From the NCBI GenBank assembly GCA_964579325.1, contig CAZOHN010000001.1, positions 66,726 to 130,725 of the forward strand: a DNA stretch of 64,000 nt, written 5' to 3'. This DNA comes from an uncultured Rhodobacterales bacterium (GTDB lineage Bacteria; Pseudomonadota; Alphaproteobacteria; Rhodobacterales; Rhodobacteraceae). The notes beneath the pieces are model-generated. The model ran no database searches. It saw only the letters and a program-made list of their open reading frames with translations, and was not told the DNA's origin. Both the position numbers and the translations under genes were made by a program. This document shows, in pieces, positions 18,456-28,032 of the stretch; the stretch's first letter is position 1, and every line of letters begins with the position of its first letter.

Positions 18456-19187
18456 TCAGAAGGGCAGGAGGCGATCAGCGGCCTCCTGGCCATAGCGGGG
18501 CTGCTGCACGGTCGAGACGAGGCCTCTCCCGCCGTAGGAAATGCGGGCCGCCGCGATCTTGTCGTAGGTAATCGCGTTCTGGCGCGAGACATCTTCGGGG
18601 CGCACGTATCCAGTGACGATCAGGTCGCGCAGCTCGTTGTTGACGCGCACTTCCTGCGTACCCTCGATCCTGAGGATGCCGTTGGGCAGCACTTCCACCA
18701 CGGTCGCCGCGACCTTCAGGGTCAGCTTTTCGCTTCGCCGTACCGACCCGGTCCCGGTGTAGCGCCCCTGCGAATTGAAATCGACCGCGTCCGCCAGCGT
18801 CGCTCCATCCGGCAGGATTTCGTTCGCCCGCTGCGGGATGCCCAGAAGGGACGGTATGCCCATGCGCTCGCTGCCGGTACGCGAGCGCTGCGACGTGTTC
18901 GACATCTCTGCCCGTTCGTCGATCTCGATGACCACTGTCAGGATGTCACCTCGCGTCGCTGCCCGCCTGTCGCCCAGCAAGGATCTGCGATCCGCGTTCC
19001 ACAGAGACGAGTCGTCGAATGGCGAGCCGGCGCGGGTGCTCGCCGGCATCGGTTGGTTCATCATCGCGTAGTAGGGATCTGTGCCGACGGTCGGCGAGAA
19101 CTGGGGGGGCTGGCCGACGTCGGACAATTTCGAGCAAGCCGAGGGCGCCAGTACGGCGAGGAGGGCAATGGCGACGGGGCGAAGCAT
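18456..19187 (-). CDS. flgH: Flagellar L-ring lipoprotein FlgH
   Basis: Lipoprotein signal LAPSAC and conserved FlgH core (RGDILTVVIEIDE...GNGILRIEGTQEVRVNNE). Confidence 0.92.
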   Translation of the reverse strand: MLRPVAIALLAVLAPSACSKLSDVGQPPQFSPTVGTDPYYAMMNQPMPASTRAGSPFDDSSLWNADRRSLLGDRRAATRGDILTVVIEIDERAEMSNTSQRSRTGSERMGIPSLLGIPQRANEILPDGATLADAVDFNSQGRYTGTGSVRRSEKLTLKVAATVVEVLPNGILRIEGTQEVRVNNELRDLIVTGYVRPEDVSRQNAITYDKIAAARISYGGRGLVSTVQQPRYGQEAADRLLPF

Positions 19188-19198
19188 TGGAATTCCTT

Positions 19199-19633
19199 TC
19201 AGGAACCGGCTGGGGAGGCGACGAGCACGGTCCCATCGGGCTGAACCCGCCCGGTGACTGTGACCCGAGACATGAGATTGAGGACGCGCAGGTCGTCCCC
19301 TGCGCCGGCACGCCCCATGGAGCGCCCTTCCGCGCTGATGGTGAGGCCACCGGAGCGGTAGATCAACGTCACGAATGCGTTGCGTTCGACCATGGTGGGC
19401 GGTCCCAGGTCTCCAGGCCGGATCGGCCGACCCGCGTAGAGCACCACACGGGACTCCAGGCCAATTGCATCCTCCGGTCGCGACAGGGCTCCGAGGACTT
19501 CCACCTCCCCATAGGCGAGATCGTCCGGCGCGATGATGGTATTCGCTCGGATCGTTCGCGTCGCGATGAGCGTGTCCGCCGAGGCCGGGAGCGCGACGAG
19601 CACGGCCAGCAGGAACACCCAGGGCCGCATCAA
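19199..19633 (-). CDS. flgA: P-ring assembly chaperone FlgA
   Basis: 144 aa with a signal peptide and SAF/FlgA C-terminus (VERNAFVTLIYRSGGLTISAEGRSMGRAGAGDDLRVLN). Confidence 0.8.
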   Translation of the reverse strand: MMRPWVFLLAVLVALPASADTLIATRTIRANTIIAPDDLAYGEVEVLGALSRPEDAIGLESRVVLYAGRPIRPGDLGPPTMVERNAFVTLIYRSGGLTISAEGRSMGRAGAGDDLRVLNLMSRVTVTGRVQPDGTVLVASPAGS

Positions 19634-20415
19634 CGCACCTGCACCGTGGCGCCCAACATCTGGTCGGCGGCGGAGATGACCTTGGAGTTAAGCTCGTACC
19701 CGCGCTGCGCCTTGATCAGTTCGGTGATTTCCTTCACGGGATCGACCGAGCTTTCCTCAAGGTAGCCTTGGCGCAGGGTGCCGAGACCGTCGGTGCCCGG
19801 GACGTTCACCGCCGGCGGGCCGGAAGCCGCCGTCTCGATGAACAGATTCGAGCCGATGGCCTCGAGCCCTTTCTCGTTGGTGAAACCGGAGATCGTGATC
19901 TGGCCGAGCAACTCCGGTTCGACCCGGTCGATGAAGTAGGCCCAGACCTCGCCACTTGCATTGATCGCGATGCTGCGCGCGTCCGCCGGAATCGTGATGT
20001 CTGGTACGACCGGATAGCCTTCGGACGTCACGATCTGGCCTTCGGCGGACCGCTTGAGCGCACCGTCGCGCGTATAGGCGGCCGCGCCGGAGGGGAGCGT
20101 CACCTCAATGTAACCCTGTCCCTCGATCGCAACGTCGAGATCGCCCCCCGTCTGTGCGAGCGATCCCTGCGCGACCATCACGGTCACCGAAGCTGGGCGG
20201 ACGCCCAGACCCAGCTGCACCCCTGTCGGCAGGACTGTCCCATCCGAGGCGTTGATTGTACCAGGCCGGGTATACTGCTGGTAGTGCAGGTCTGCGAACT
20301 CGGCCCGCCGCGGATTGTAGCCCGTGGTGCTCATATTCGCGAGGTTGTTCGAGATCACGTCGACACGCGTGGCTTGAGCAGCCATTCCGGTGGCTGCGAT
20401 CGCGAGGGATTTCAT
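19630..20415 (-). CDS. flgG: Distal rod protein FlgG
   Basis: 261 aa with rod N-terminus (ISNNLANMSTTGY) and C-terminus (ITELIKAQRGYELNSKVISAADQML). Confidence 0.92.
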   Translation of the reverse strand: MKSLAIAATGMAAQATRVDVISNNLANMSTTGYNPRRAEFADLHYQQYTRPGTINASDGTVLPTGVQLGLGVRPASVTVMVAQGSLAQTGGDLDVAIEGQGYIEVTLPSGAAAYTRDGALKRSAEGQIVTSEGYPVVPDITIPADARSIAINASGEVWAYFIDRVEPELLGQITISGFTNEKGLEAIGSNLFIETAASGPPAVNVPGTDGLGTLRQGYLEESSVDPVKEITELIKAQRGYELNSKVISAADQMLGATVQVR

Positions 20416-20426
20416 CTGTCTGTCTC

Positions 20427-21143
20427 CTAGCGTCCGAAGGTGCGAAGCACCGAGCGGATCCGCTCGTCTTCACGGTCAAGGAAGGTCTGCCCCAGCTCAT
20501 AGGCGCGGCTGACTTCGATCATCCGCGCAATCTCGGTGACAGGGGACACGTTCGAACCTTCGAGGAACCCTTGGAGCATGCGCGGTTCTTCAACCGGCTC
20601 GGCCCCTCCGGGAACGGCGAACCGCGTGCCTGCGGCCCGTGTCATGTCGTTCGGATCCAAGGGCAGGAACATCCCGATCTGGGCGATCGGTTGCCCGTCT
20701 GCGGATAGCGTGCCGTCGGCCGCGACCGAGATGGCCAGAGCATCGGCCGGCGCGAACACGGGCGCCCCTCCCAAGTCGAGGAGCCGCGCGCCGTCCGGTG
20801 CCACCAATTCGCCTTCGGCGTTCGGGGAGAACGATCCGGCCCGCGTGAGCATCTGGCCTTGCGGTGTCTCGACCATGAAAAACCCCTCGCCCTCGATCGC
20901 GAGATCGAAGCGGCCACCGGTGAGCTCGAGTGGACCCTGGCGCGTATCGGTCATCCAGGTGTCGCCATATGCCATCGAGACCGAGTCGCCCCCATCATCG
21001 AGCGCCGTGATGTGCTCGGAGAAGATCAGGCCTTCGCGCCGGAATCCGGTGGTCGAGATATTGGCAATGTTGTTCGCAACAACCTGCATCTCGCGGAGCA
21101 GGCCTGTCTGGCGGGTCAGCGTGGTGTAGCCGGCGTTGTCCAT
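20427..21143 (-). CDS. flgF: Proximal rod protein FlgF
   Basis: 238 aa (VVANNIANISTTGFRRE ... MIEVSRAYELGQTFL). Confidence 0.88.
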   Translation of the reverse strand: MDNAGYTTLTRQTGLLREMQVVANNIANISTTGFRREGLIFSEHITALDDGGDSVSMAYGDTWMTDTRQGPLELTGGRFDLAIEGEGFFMVETPQGQMLTRAGSFSPNAEGELVAPDGARLLDLGGAPVFAPADALAISVAADGTLSADGQPIAQIGMFLPLDPNDMTRAAGTRFAVPGGAEPVEEPRMLQGFLEGSNVSPVTEIARMIEVSRAYELGQTFLDREDERIRSVLRTFGR

Positions 21144-21146
21144 GGT

Positions 21147-21416
21147 CTAGCCTCCCGCGATCAGCGGTACGAGTTGGTTCGTGAAGTAGGTGATCAGCGT
21201 TTCGGTCATGAAGCCCATCGACAGCCAGAACACCGCCATCATGGCCGCCAGCTTCGGAACAAAGGTGAGCGTCATCTCCTGGATCGACGTGAGCGCCTGA
21301 AAGAGACCGACGGTAAGACCCGCAACGAGTGCGACCGTGAGTAGCGGTGTCGAGATCAGGACGGAGATCCAGAGCCCTTGGCGCAGGGTGTCGTAGAAGA
21401 CCCCCTCGGTCATCAC
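21147..21416 (-). CDS. fliQ: Flagellar export apparatus protein FliQ
   Basis: 89 aa with two TM segments and the QALTSIQEMTLTFVPK motif. Confidence 0.9.
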   Translation of the reverse strand: MMTEGVFYDTLRQGLWISVLISTPLLTVALVAGLTVGLFQALTSIQEMTLTFVPKLAAMMAVFWLSMGFMTETLITYFTNQLVPLIAGG

Positions 21417-21700
21417 ACCGGCATCCTGAGGATCTCTTGGTAGGCCTCGACGACCTTGTCGCGCACTGTGACGGCCGTTTCGACAGCCAGTTCTGTCGCT
21501 GCGAGGGCCTGGACGAGCGCATACGGATCGGCATCGCCAGTCATGGCGGCCTTGGCGGTGTCTTCGCCTTTTCGCAGCGTGTCTGCGAAGTCGCGGGCGG
21601 CCTGCTGAAGGCCGCTTTCGGTAGCCGTCGCTGCATCCGGCTCCGTCAACGGTCGTGCCCGCTGATAGAGCTGGGCGGCAATCGAGGATCTAATGTCCAT
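21413..21700 (-). CDS. fliE: Hook-basal body complex protein FliE
   Basis: 95 aa with the C-terminal VTVRDKVVEAYQEILRMPV signature. Confidence 0.85.
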   Translation of the reverse strand: MDIRSSIAAQLYQRARPLTEPDAATATESGLQQAARDFADTLRKGEDTAKAAMTGDADPYALVQALAATELAVETAVTVRDKVVEAYQEILRMPV

Positions 21701-21712
21701 TCTGGAACTCCC

Positions 21713-22105
21713 TTATCGACGCAACAGTTCGATCAGAGCCGAGTGCATCTGCCTGGCCTGGTCGAACATCCTGAGATTTGCCTCGTAGCTTCGCTGCGCT
21801 TCGCGCGCGTCGGCGATTTCGACCACGAGGTCGACGTTGGTGCCGTCATAGTAGCCGCCGTCGTCTGCGAGCGGGTGACTCGGGTCGTAGATCCGCTGGA
21901 GCTCCTGGCCGGAGAGCGAGACCCTTCCCAAGGCGACTTCGCCCGTCCGCCTACCCTCCTTCACGGCCTCTTCGAAGGCCACGATCTTGCGATGGTAGCC
22001 AGGTGTGTCCGCGTTCGCGATGTTCTCCGAGACATGCCGGAGCCGCATCGCTTGTGCCTGCATGCCGCTTGCGGACAGCGACAGCGTCTTGGAGAGATCG
22101 CTCAT
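21713..22105 (-). CDS. flgC: Rod protein FlgC
   Basis: 130 aa (SASGMQAQAMRLRHVSENIANADTPGYHRK). Confidence 0.92.
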   Translation of the reverse strand: MSDLSKTLSLSASGMQAQAMRLRHVSENIANADTPGYHRKIVAFEEAVKEGRRTGEVALGRVSLSGQELQRIYDPSHPLADDGGYYDGTNVDLVVEIADAREAQRSYEANLRMFDQARQMHSALIELLRR

Positions 22106-22118
22106 CCTTCAGACTCCC

Positions 22119-22517
22119 TTACCTTCCCCGACCGAGGCTGGTCCGCAGGATCCCGATGGCGTTCTGGTAGATCGAGAGCGCCATGTCGTGACTCGCACGG
22201 ACATCGGCTGCTCTCATCATCTCGGCCTCCACCGAGACGTCGTTGCCATTGGGCGCGGTTGCGCCGAGGACCGGCCTGAGTTCCGGGTGTTGACCGCCTC
22301 CAACAGCGGTGGAGGACGGAACATGGCCCGAACGGGTTGTGCGAAGGTCGAACGACCCTCTCTCGGCGCGATAGGTCTCGGCGAACGGTGCTAGGTCGAC
22401 GGCTCGGTAGCCGGGTGTGTCGGCATTCGCGACGTTCCTCGCGATTGCGGTTTGGCGCGCGCTCGCATGCTGCGCCATGGCATGGGCCTGCCTGAAGATC
22501 TCAAGCTTTTCAAACAT
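22119..22517 (-). CDS. flgB: Rod protein FlgB
   Basis: ATG at 22517 follows GGGAGAAG. The IARNVANADTPGYRA motif is present. Confidence 0.88.
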   Translation of the reverse strand: MFEKLEIFRQAHAMAQHASARQTAIARNVANADTPGYRAVDLAPFAETYRAERGSFDLRTTRSGHVPSSTAVGGGQHPELRPVLGATAPNGNDVSVEAEMMRAADVRASHDMALSIYQNAIGILRTSLGRGR

Positions 22518-22618
22518 CGGGGCTTCTCCCACGACTAACTGCACGAAGCTTTAAGAGTGATTCCTTTAGAAACGATTGAGTGCCGCGGAAATGCCGTGGA
22601 CAAAGGGAGAGAACGCCC

Positions 22619-24028
22619 ATGGCAAGATCGGCCTTCGAGGGTCTTCTGGCTGAAATCACCGAACTTTCCGCGGCGCGACACGTCGGCCGGATCGCCCGGA
22701 TTTCTGCCGGTCGCCTGATCGTGACCGGCCTCGCGCAGCACGCGGGTCTGGCCGATCTCTGCCGCGTGTCACCAAGTGCTGGGCCGGTGATCGGGGGCGA
22801 AGTCATCGGCCTTGAACCCGGAGCCGCGACCATTCTGCCGGAGGGTCCGGCCGAAGGCGTCCGGATCGGGGATCGGGTCGAACTGGTCGGCCCGGCGTCG
22901 CTCGCGCCACGTTGGGATTGGGTCGGACGCGTCATCGACCCGTATGGCCGCCCGATCGACGGCCGCCCTCTGTTTCGCGGCCCTCAGCCCCGGGCCCTCA
23001 GGTCGCCTCCTCCCGAGCCCGCACGGCGGCGACCGATGGGTATGCGGCTTTCGACCGGTCTCGCCGCCTTCGATACGATGCTCCCCATCGTCCGTGGCCA
23101 GCGCGTGGGCCTGTTTGCGGGGTCTGGTGTCGGCAAGTCGACCCTGCTGGGAATGCTCGCGCGCGGCCTCGAGGCGGATGTCGTCGTGATAGGACTGGTC
23201 GGAGAGCGTGGGCGAGAGCTGCGCGATTTCACCGACCGCGTTCTCGGGGACGAAGGGATGGCACGTTCAGTAGTTGTCGCCGCCACTTCCGATCGTTCGC
23301 CTTTGGAACGACGCCGCGCGGCATTGTCGGCAATGACCGTTGCCGAGCATTTTCGGGATGAGGGAGCACATGTGCTGTTGATGGTCGACTCGGTAACACG
23401 GTTTGCCGAAGCGCACCGCGAGATCGCGTTGGCGTCGGGTGAGAACCCAGGCCTCGGAGGCTATCCACCTTCCCTCGCGCATGCGATAATGGCACTTGCG
23501 GAACGGGCAGGCCCGGGGTCGGACCTGTCAGGCGACATAACGGCAGTTTTCAGCGTGCTTGTGGCGGGGTCCGACATGGAGGAGCCGGTTGCGGATATTC
23601 TGCGCGGCGTGCTCGACGGTCACGTCGTGCTTGACCGGGAAATCGCCGAGCGTGGTCGCTTTCCGGCAGTTGATCTGCTGAGATCGGTTAGCCGAAGTCT
23701 CCCCGAGGCAGCTTCCATCGGGGAAAATGATTTGATCGCGCGCGCCAGGCGTCTCTTGGGTGCCTATGACAGGTCGGAAACCATGATCCGGGCGGGCCTT
23801 TACCAGACAGGGACGGATCCGATTCTGGATGAGGCAGTGCAGGTCTGGCCTGCACTCGACGCATTCCTGTCAGAACCTTCGCCTGGAGGTGTCGCGGAGA
23901 GCTTCGAGCGACTTGAAAGCTGCCTGGTACAGCGGCAACGGTCGTTGCCAGGCTCACATACGGTCTTGTCAACTGACCCGGCAACACCTCGGTCAGCATC
24001 CGTACCTAGGTTCACGCTTGAAGCCTGA
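22619..24028 (+). CDS. fliI: Flagellum-specific ATPase FliI
   Basis: ATG at 22619 follows GGGAGAG. Walker A GSGVGKST and Walker B LLMVDSVTRFA in a T3SS ATPase fold. Divergent from flgB. Confidence 0.92.
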   Translation: MARSAFEGLLAEITELSAARHVGRIARISAGRLIVTGLAQHAGLADLCRVSPSAGPVIGGEVIGLEPGAATILPEGPAEGVRIGDRVELVGPASLAPRWDWVGRVIDPYGRPIDGRPLFRGPQPRALRSPPPEPARRRPMGMRLSTGLAAFDTMLPIVRGQRVGLFAGSGVGKSTLLGMLARGLEADVVVIGLVGERGRELRDFTDRVLGDEGMARSVVVAATSDRSPLERRRAALSAMTVAEHFRDEGAHVLLMVDSVTRFAEAHREIALASGENPGLGGYPPSLAHAIMALAERAGPGSDLSGDITAVFSVLVAGSDMEEPVADILRGVLDGHVVLDREIAERGRFPAVDLLRSVSRSLPEAASIGENDLIARARRLLGAYDRSETMIRAGLYQTGTDPILDEAVQVWPALDAFLSEPSPGGVAESFERLESCLVQRQRSLPGSHTVLSTDPATPRSASVPRFTLEA

Positions 24029-24152
24029 CAGGAGGGTGATGCATCAGCCGGGTCAAAGGAGCTCGGAAAGGTCACCGTTATGCTGGCGTTCCGGCAGATG
24101 CTTGCGCCTAAAGCGCGTATCAGCGGGAAGCACCAATGTGACAGATCTGCGA

Positions 24153-24956
24153 TTACCTGGTCAGTGGTACTGACTGGAGCAGAGACAGTGCCGCGCTGCC
24201 CCGGACGGATGCAGGCAATCCTTGGATTTCGGCGCGGATAATGAAGGACCTTACAAGTTCCTCACGACGCTCGGCGTCGGCGAACTGCCGGATCGAATTG
24301 TCGCCAAACGCGCGCTCGGATTTCGATTTTAGAACCTCGACTTGCTGGTCGAGGTCGATGCTGCCGAAACTCTTGGGTAGTCCCAATGCAGTCTCGAATA
24401 CGCGGCGCAGGGGTGGTTGGCCGAGAACCGTGAGCCATAGGGTACGATCCGTAGAGCCGCTCCTCGACAGCTCGGCGAGTTCACGCGTTGCTGCAAGGGC
24501 TAGCCGCATGTCCTCGTTCTGATCGCCGACAGCAACCTCAAACTGCCTCGTTTCGAAGGCGCGGACGAGCTTCTCCACGATATCCGGGCGTCCGGAAAGC
24601 CGGTTCACCTGCTCTCCAAAGCCGAAGGTCTGAGATAGGTCCCTATAGCGCTTGTCCGCCAGCCGGTTGGCCAACGCCTTCGGATCGGTCGAAGCGCTGT
24701 CCAGCACCTTCTCCACGAAGGCCTTGTTCGGAAGGTCCGCGTCCAGCCCGAATGCACCGAGTGCCACCTTGAGAAGCTGCCGGTCCTTCACGAGATCAGC
24801 TGCAGTGGTGATTGCGCCAATCCGCTCTCGAAACGCGTCGACGTCGCGCTGTATCGCGGGAGTTCTTGACAGGCTCTCCTGTTGTGTAGCTGCCGTTCGC
24901 GTCAGAAAGCGCCAGCCCGCGTACCCTGAAATCGGGATGACGGGTTGAAAGGTCAT
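24153..24956 (-). CDS. DUF1217-type flagellar-cluster protein
   Basis: 267 aa. The N-terminus MTFQPVIPISGYAGWRFLTRT and repeats of LKVALGAFGLD type match my recollection of DUF1217 proteins in alphaproteobacterial flagellar loci. Confidence 0.65.
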   Translation of the reverse strand: MTFQPVIPISGYAGWRFLTRTAATQQESLSRTPAIQRDVDAFRERIGAITTAADLVKDRQLLKVALGAFGLDADLPNKAFVEKVLDSASTDPKALANRLADKRYRDLSQTFGFGEQVNRLSGRPDIVEKLVRAFETRQFEVAVGDQNEDMRLALAATRELAELSRSGSTDRTLWLTVLGQPPLRRVFETALGLPKSFGSIDLDQQVEVLKSKSERAFGDNSIRQFADAERREELVRSFIIRAEIQGLPASVRGSAALSLLQSVPLTR

Positions 24957-25357
24957 TGCTTCGTGGCGGCGAACAGCCGCTCCTCCCTCGGAAGCAAGCC
25001 GCGCAGCGACTTCAGGACCTGGTACGGCTGTCCGGAAAGCACGGCCTCCGTGGCGATCGTGAGCTGGCTGCGGCTATCGTGGTCGGTAAATACCTGGCTC
25101 AACTGTTCGATCCCCCGCAACAACTGGTGGCGTGCTTCGTCTGGATCGGCGTCTCCAGACAGGACCAGCTGTGCGATGTAGCAGACCCGACGGACGGGAG
25201 TGTTGACTTCGCCTGGGTGGATCGCGTCGCGCAGGCGCAGGATGTTTGCGCCGGGGGTCATGATCGACAGCCGCGAGCGCTTGTCGCCGTTCTCGATGAC
25301 GGCGCCATTGATCAGGACCCGCTCGCGAGGACCCAACTTCAAGACCAGCCCCGTCAT
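24953..25357 (-). CDS. flbT: Flagellin synthesis repressor FlbT
   Basis: 134 aa (LVLKLGPRERVLINGAVIENGDKRSRLSI). Confidence 0.85.
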   Translation of the reverse strand: MTGLVLKLGPRERVLINGAVIENGDKRSRLSIMTPGANILRLRDAIHPGEVNTPVRRVCYIAQLVLSGDADPDEARHQLLRGIEQLSQVFTDHDSRSQLTIATEAVLSGQPYQVLKSLRGLLPREERLFAATKQ

Positions 25358-25731
25358 CGTGCGGCCCCTTCGGCCGACAGTCCGCGCATCACGGCTGTGT
25401 TGAGCTCGATCAGGATGTCTGCCTTAGCCTCTCCGCGCATCACGCGAGGCGTGTGAATCTGGGTGAACTCGGCGAGGTAGAAGAGACGGGCCCTGAGATC
25501 GGGAGGGAGACCGTTTTCGGGATCGGAGAGGTCGGCTGCAAGCGTGATCCAGAGCTCGAGGTTGTCATGGAGCGCACGTATGCGGCCTGGTCCTTCGAGG
25601 CGGCCCGAGTCGCGTGTCTCGCGAAGACGACGGGTAACCCTTGCGAAGAGATCGTACTCGGTGGCGCGTGCCGATTTCACGGGGGCACCGGGTGTTGCGT
25701 AGGCCATTCGGGCCTTTTCGAGACTGTTCAC
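25354..25731 (-). CDS. flaF: Flagellin synthesis regulator FlaF
   Basis: 125 aa with a GTG start, overlapping flbT (SARATEYDLFARVTRRL). Confidence 0.8.
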   Translation of the reverse strand: MNSLEKARMAYATPGAPVKSARATEYDLFARVTRRLRETRDSGRLEGPGRIRALHDNLELWITLAADLSDPENGLPPDLRARLFYLAEFTQIHTPRVMRGEAKADILIELNTAVMRGLSAEGAAR

Positions 25732-25782
25732 AACAAGTCCTTCCGAACGCGGTGAGGTCGACCGGCAGCTTCAGCCGGCAGG

Positions 25783-25814
25783 AAAAGTCGGGGCGCCCGC
25801 ATGGGCACCCCGAC
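25783..25814 (-). terminator. Rho-independent terminator after the flagellin gene
   Basis: Minus strand reads GTCGGGGTGCC-CATGCG-GGCGCCCCGAC followed by TTTTCC, 10 nt after the flagellin stop. Confidence 0.7.
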
Positions 25815-25823
25815 GAAGAGCCA

Positions 25824-27059
25824 TTACCGGAACAGAGACAGGATCGACTGCGGCGACTGGTTGGCGATCGAGAGCGCCTGGATGCCCAGCTGCTGCTGGA
25901 CCTGGAGCGCCTGAAGCCGAGCCGATGCCTCTTCCATGTCGGCATCCACGAGCGTGCCGATGCCTGACTTCAAGGAGTCCGTCAGCTTCGAGACGAACTC
26001 GGCCTGAATGTCGATGCGCCGTTCGGCCGAGCCGAAGTCCGAAGACGCCTGGATCGCGGTGTCGATCATGCCTTCGATACGAGCCAGAGCTCCGGACGCA
26101 TCGGTGGTTACGTCGATCGACGCGAGGTCGCCCAGCATACCCGACCCGACGTTCCGGATCGTCGCGCTGATGGCGATGTCGTTGCCAGTGTCGTTGTTGA
26201 TTGTCAGTTCCGTCGGCGCGTTCGCGGCGTCGTAGGTGACAGTCAGGCCTTCGATTCCGAGTGAGTCGATGGCGTTCTTGACGCCAATGGCAATTGCCTC
26301 GTTCACATCAGGCGTGATGTTGGTGTCGACGTCCTCAGCAGACACGGTGTAGGTCGCCGTCTGGTCGCCGATACGAATCGAGATCTTGTCACCAGCCTGG
26401 ATCTCGGCATCTGCCGCGCCGGCAGTGCCGACGAACTCGATGGAGTCATCGGCGCCTTCGTCGATCGCCACGGCGTAGGTGTCGGTGTTGGTGCCGACGA
26501 CCGCATTGCCCGTGCCGCCGCCCGCACCGAACGCCGCACGTGCCAGGTAGCCGGACGTGCCGAGGTTGACACCCTGCACTTCGATGGTGCTCGACGTGAC
26601 GTTGCCAAGCGAGTCGCGGTCGAGCGAAGACAGGAAGTTGGCGGTGGCACCGGTGTTGACGAGGTTCAGGCCATTGAACTGCGCCGCGCCGACCACGGAG
26701 GTCACCTGCTCGGTGAGCCGGTTGATGTCGGTCTGGATCTTGGCGCGGTCAACGTTCGGCTCCTGCGAGGCGACGATCAGCCCCTTGATCTCGGTCAGAA
26801 GGTCGGTGACGCTTTCGGCCGCATTTCGGGCCACGGCGATGGTGGATTGGCCGAGCGCGAGGCTGTTCGAGATCTGCTTGAAGCCCTTTACGTCCGATTC
26901 CATCACTTTCGAGATGGCCCAGACGGCCGAGTTGTCGCGAGCGGAGCCGATCGACTTGCCCGACGCAATCTCCTGCTGCGTCCTGGCGAGGCTCGTGTTG
27001 GTCTGCTTGAGGGTCTGAAGGGCGACCATCGAGCTGGTGTTGGTCAGAATGCTGGTCAT
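25824..27059 (-). CDS. fliC: Flagellin
   Basis: ATG at 27059 follows AGGAAACAG. N-terminus MTSILTNTSSMVALQTLKQTN...SGKSIGSARDNSAVWAIS and C-terminus ALQVQQQLGIQALSIANQSPQSILSLFR. Confidence 0.93.
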   Translation of the reverse strand: MTSILTNTSSMVALQTLKQTNTSLARTQQEIASGKSIGSARDNSAVWAISKVMESDVKGFKQISNSLALGQSTIAVARNAAESVTDLLTEIKGLIVASQEPNVDRAKIQTDINRLTEQVTSVVGAAQFNGLNLVNTGATANFLSSLDRDSLGNVTSSTIEVQGVNLGTSGYLARAAFGAGGGTGNAVVGTNTDTYAVAIDEGADDSIEFVGTAGAADAEIQAGDKISIRIGDQTATYTVSAEDVDTNITPDVNEAIAIGVKNAIDSLGIEGLTVTYDAANAPTELTINNDTGNDIAISATIRNVGSGMLGDLASIDVTTDASGALARIEGMIDTAIQASSDFGSAERRIDIQAEFVSKLTDSLKSGIGTLVDADMEEASARLQALQVQQQLGIQALSIANQSPQSILSLFR

Positions 27060-27276
27060 GACTGTTTCCTGATGTCTGCTGACGCTTTGCGCCAGGTTGC
27101 GGAAGCCGCCCGTCGTGGGCGGCGGCACGTGGCCGTTCTGACCGGCGCGGACCGAGGCTTTTTACCCGGACCGCACGATCCACTGCTGGATCTCTTTCGG
27201 ACCATCCCCGGAAACCGCTAACAGTTCGCTAAGCGACGACGGAGACTGCCAGGCATTTGTCTAAAGTGCGCCCGGT

Positions 27277-27624
27277 TCAGGCACGCTTCTCGAGTGTTCG
27301 GCCGCCGCCCTCGTGGACGGTAGATCGTCCCTCGCAGTCGTAGGTGTGCAATGCGGGGCCGCCGCTCCTGAGTTCCTCAAGCTGGGTCCTCACCGCGATC
27401 ACGGCGTCTCTTGCGGCCGCGATAAGAGCCTGGTTGGCTTGCGCAGCCTTGCGCAACCGTTCCAGGCCGGGCACTGGCTGGTGGTCTGCGAGGGCTTCGA
27501 CCAACCGCTCCTTGCGGAGTACAAGATCCCCGAGTGCATCGAAGTCACCTGACAGAAGTGCCTGCCGCTCGGCCGCAAGTACCTCTGCGAGACCGTCCGC
27601 TTCCGGACCCATGTCACGTTCCAT
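27277..27624 (-). CDS. Small helical protein, FlgN-like (tentative)
   Basis: 115 aa (LAEVLAAERQALLSGDFDALGDLVLRKERLVEAL). Its start overlaps the flgJ-like stop by 11 nt. Confidence 0.4.
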   Translation of the reverse strand: MERDMGPEADGLAEVLAAERQALLSGDFDALGDLVLRKERLVEALADHQPVPGLERLRKAAQANQALIAAARDAVIAVRTQLEELRSGGPALHTYDCEGRSTVHEGGGRTLEKRA

Positions 27625-27997
27625 TGACGCGCTCCTTCAATGCTTCGAAGATCGATTCGGCGAGTCCGATGCCTCCGGACTTCACCAGCTCGTCCGCTTG
27701 TGCCTGGACAAGGAAGGACGAGAAATGCTCCTCGCCGGCGCCTCCTCCGAAGGAACTTCGCGGTTGGCCGAGACCTGCGTACTCGAGCATCTGTGCGAGA
27801 AAGCTCGCCTCCAGGTCGCGCGCGACCTGCCGGAGTGCTGTTTCGTCCAAGGGGCCGCGCGCCGGAGCGGGCGGGGCGGAAACGGGTACCGTCGGTTGTG
27901 TTGCGGAATTGATGAGCACCCGCGTTCCCTCCAATTGGCGAAACTTCCCTCGCAATAACGCCTGCGGGGTAAAGAAGCGGTAACTCCCTGCCGTCAT
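27614..27997 (-). CDS. flgJ: Rod-binding protein (single-domain FlgJ-like, no muramidase domain)
   Basis: Rod_binding signature LEASFLAQMLEYAG...FSSFLVQAQADELVKSGGIGLAESIFEAL. ATG at 27997. The remainder of track ORF 27614..28747 is antisense to fliK. Confidence 0.7.
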   Translation of the reverse strand: MTAGSYRFFTPQALLRGKFRQLEGTRVLINSATQPTVPVSAPPAPARGPLDETALRQVARDLEASFLAQMLEYAGLGQPRSSFGGGAGEEHFSSFLVQAQADELVKSGGIGLAESIFEALKERVNGT

Positions 27998-28032
27998 ATG
28001 TCGGTGGACGTGGCAGAAGCCGGGAGTTCGTG

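Noticed and set aside
22518-22618. CtrA box in the flgB/fliI divergent region
   Set aside because: TTAA and TTAG half-sites are present but spaced 11-12 nt apart rather than 7. This is not a consensus full site.
24029-24152. Possible terminator or small RNA between the convergent fliI and DUF1217 genes
   Set aside because: The only structure is a weak 6-bp hairpin (GTCAGT-GGT-ACTGAC, 24160-24174), which lies inside the DUF1217 3' end and has no U-tract.
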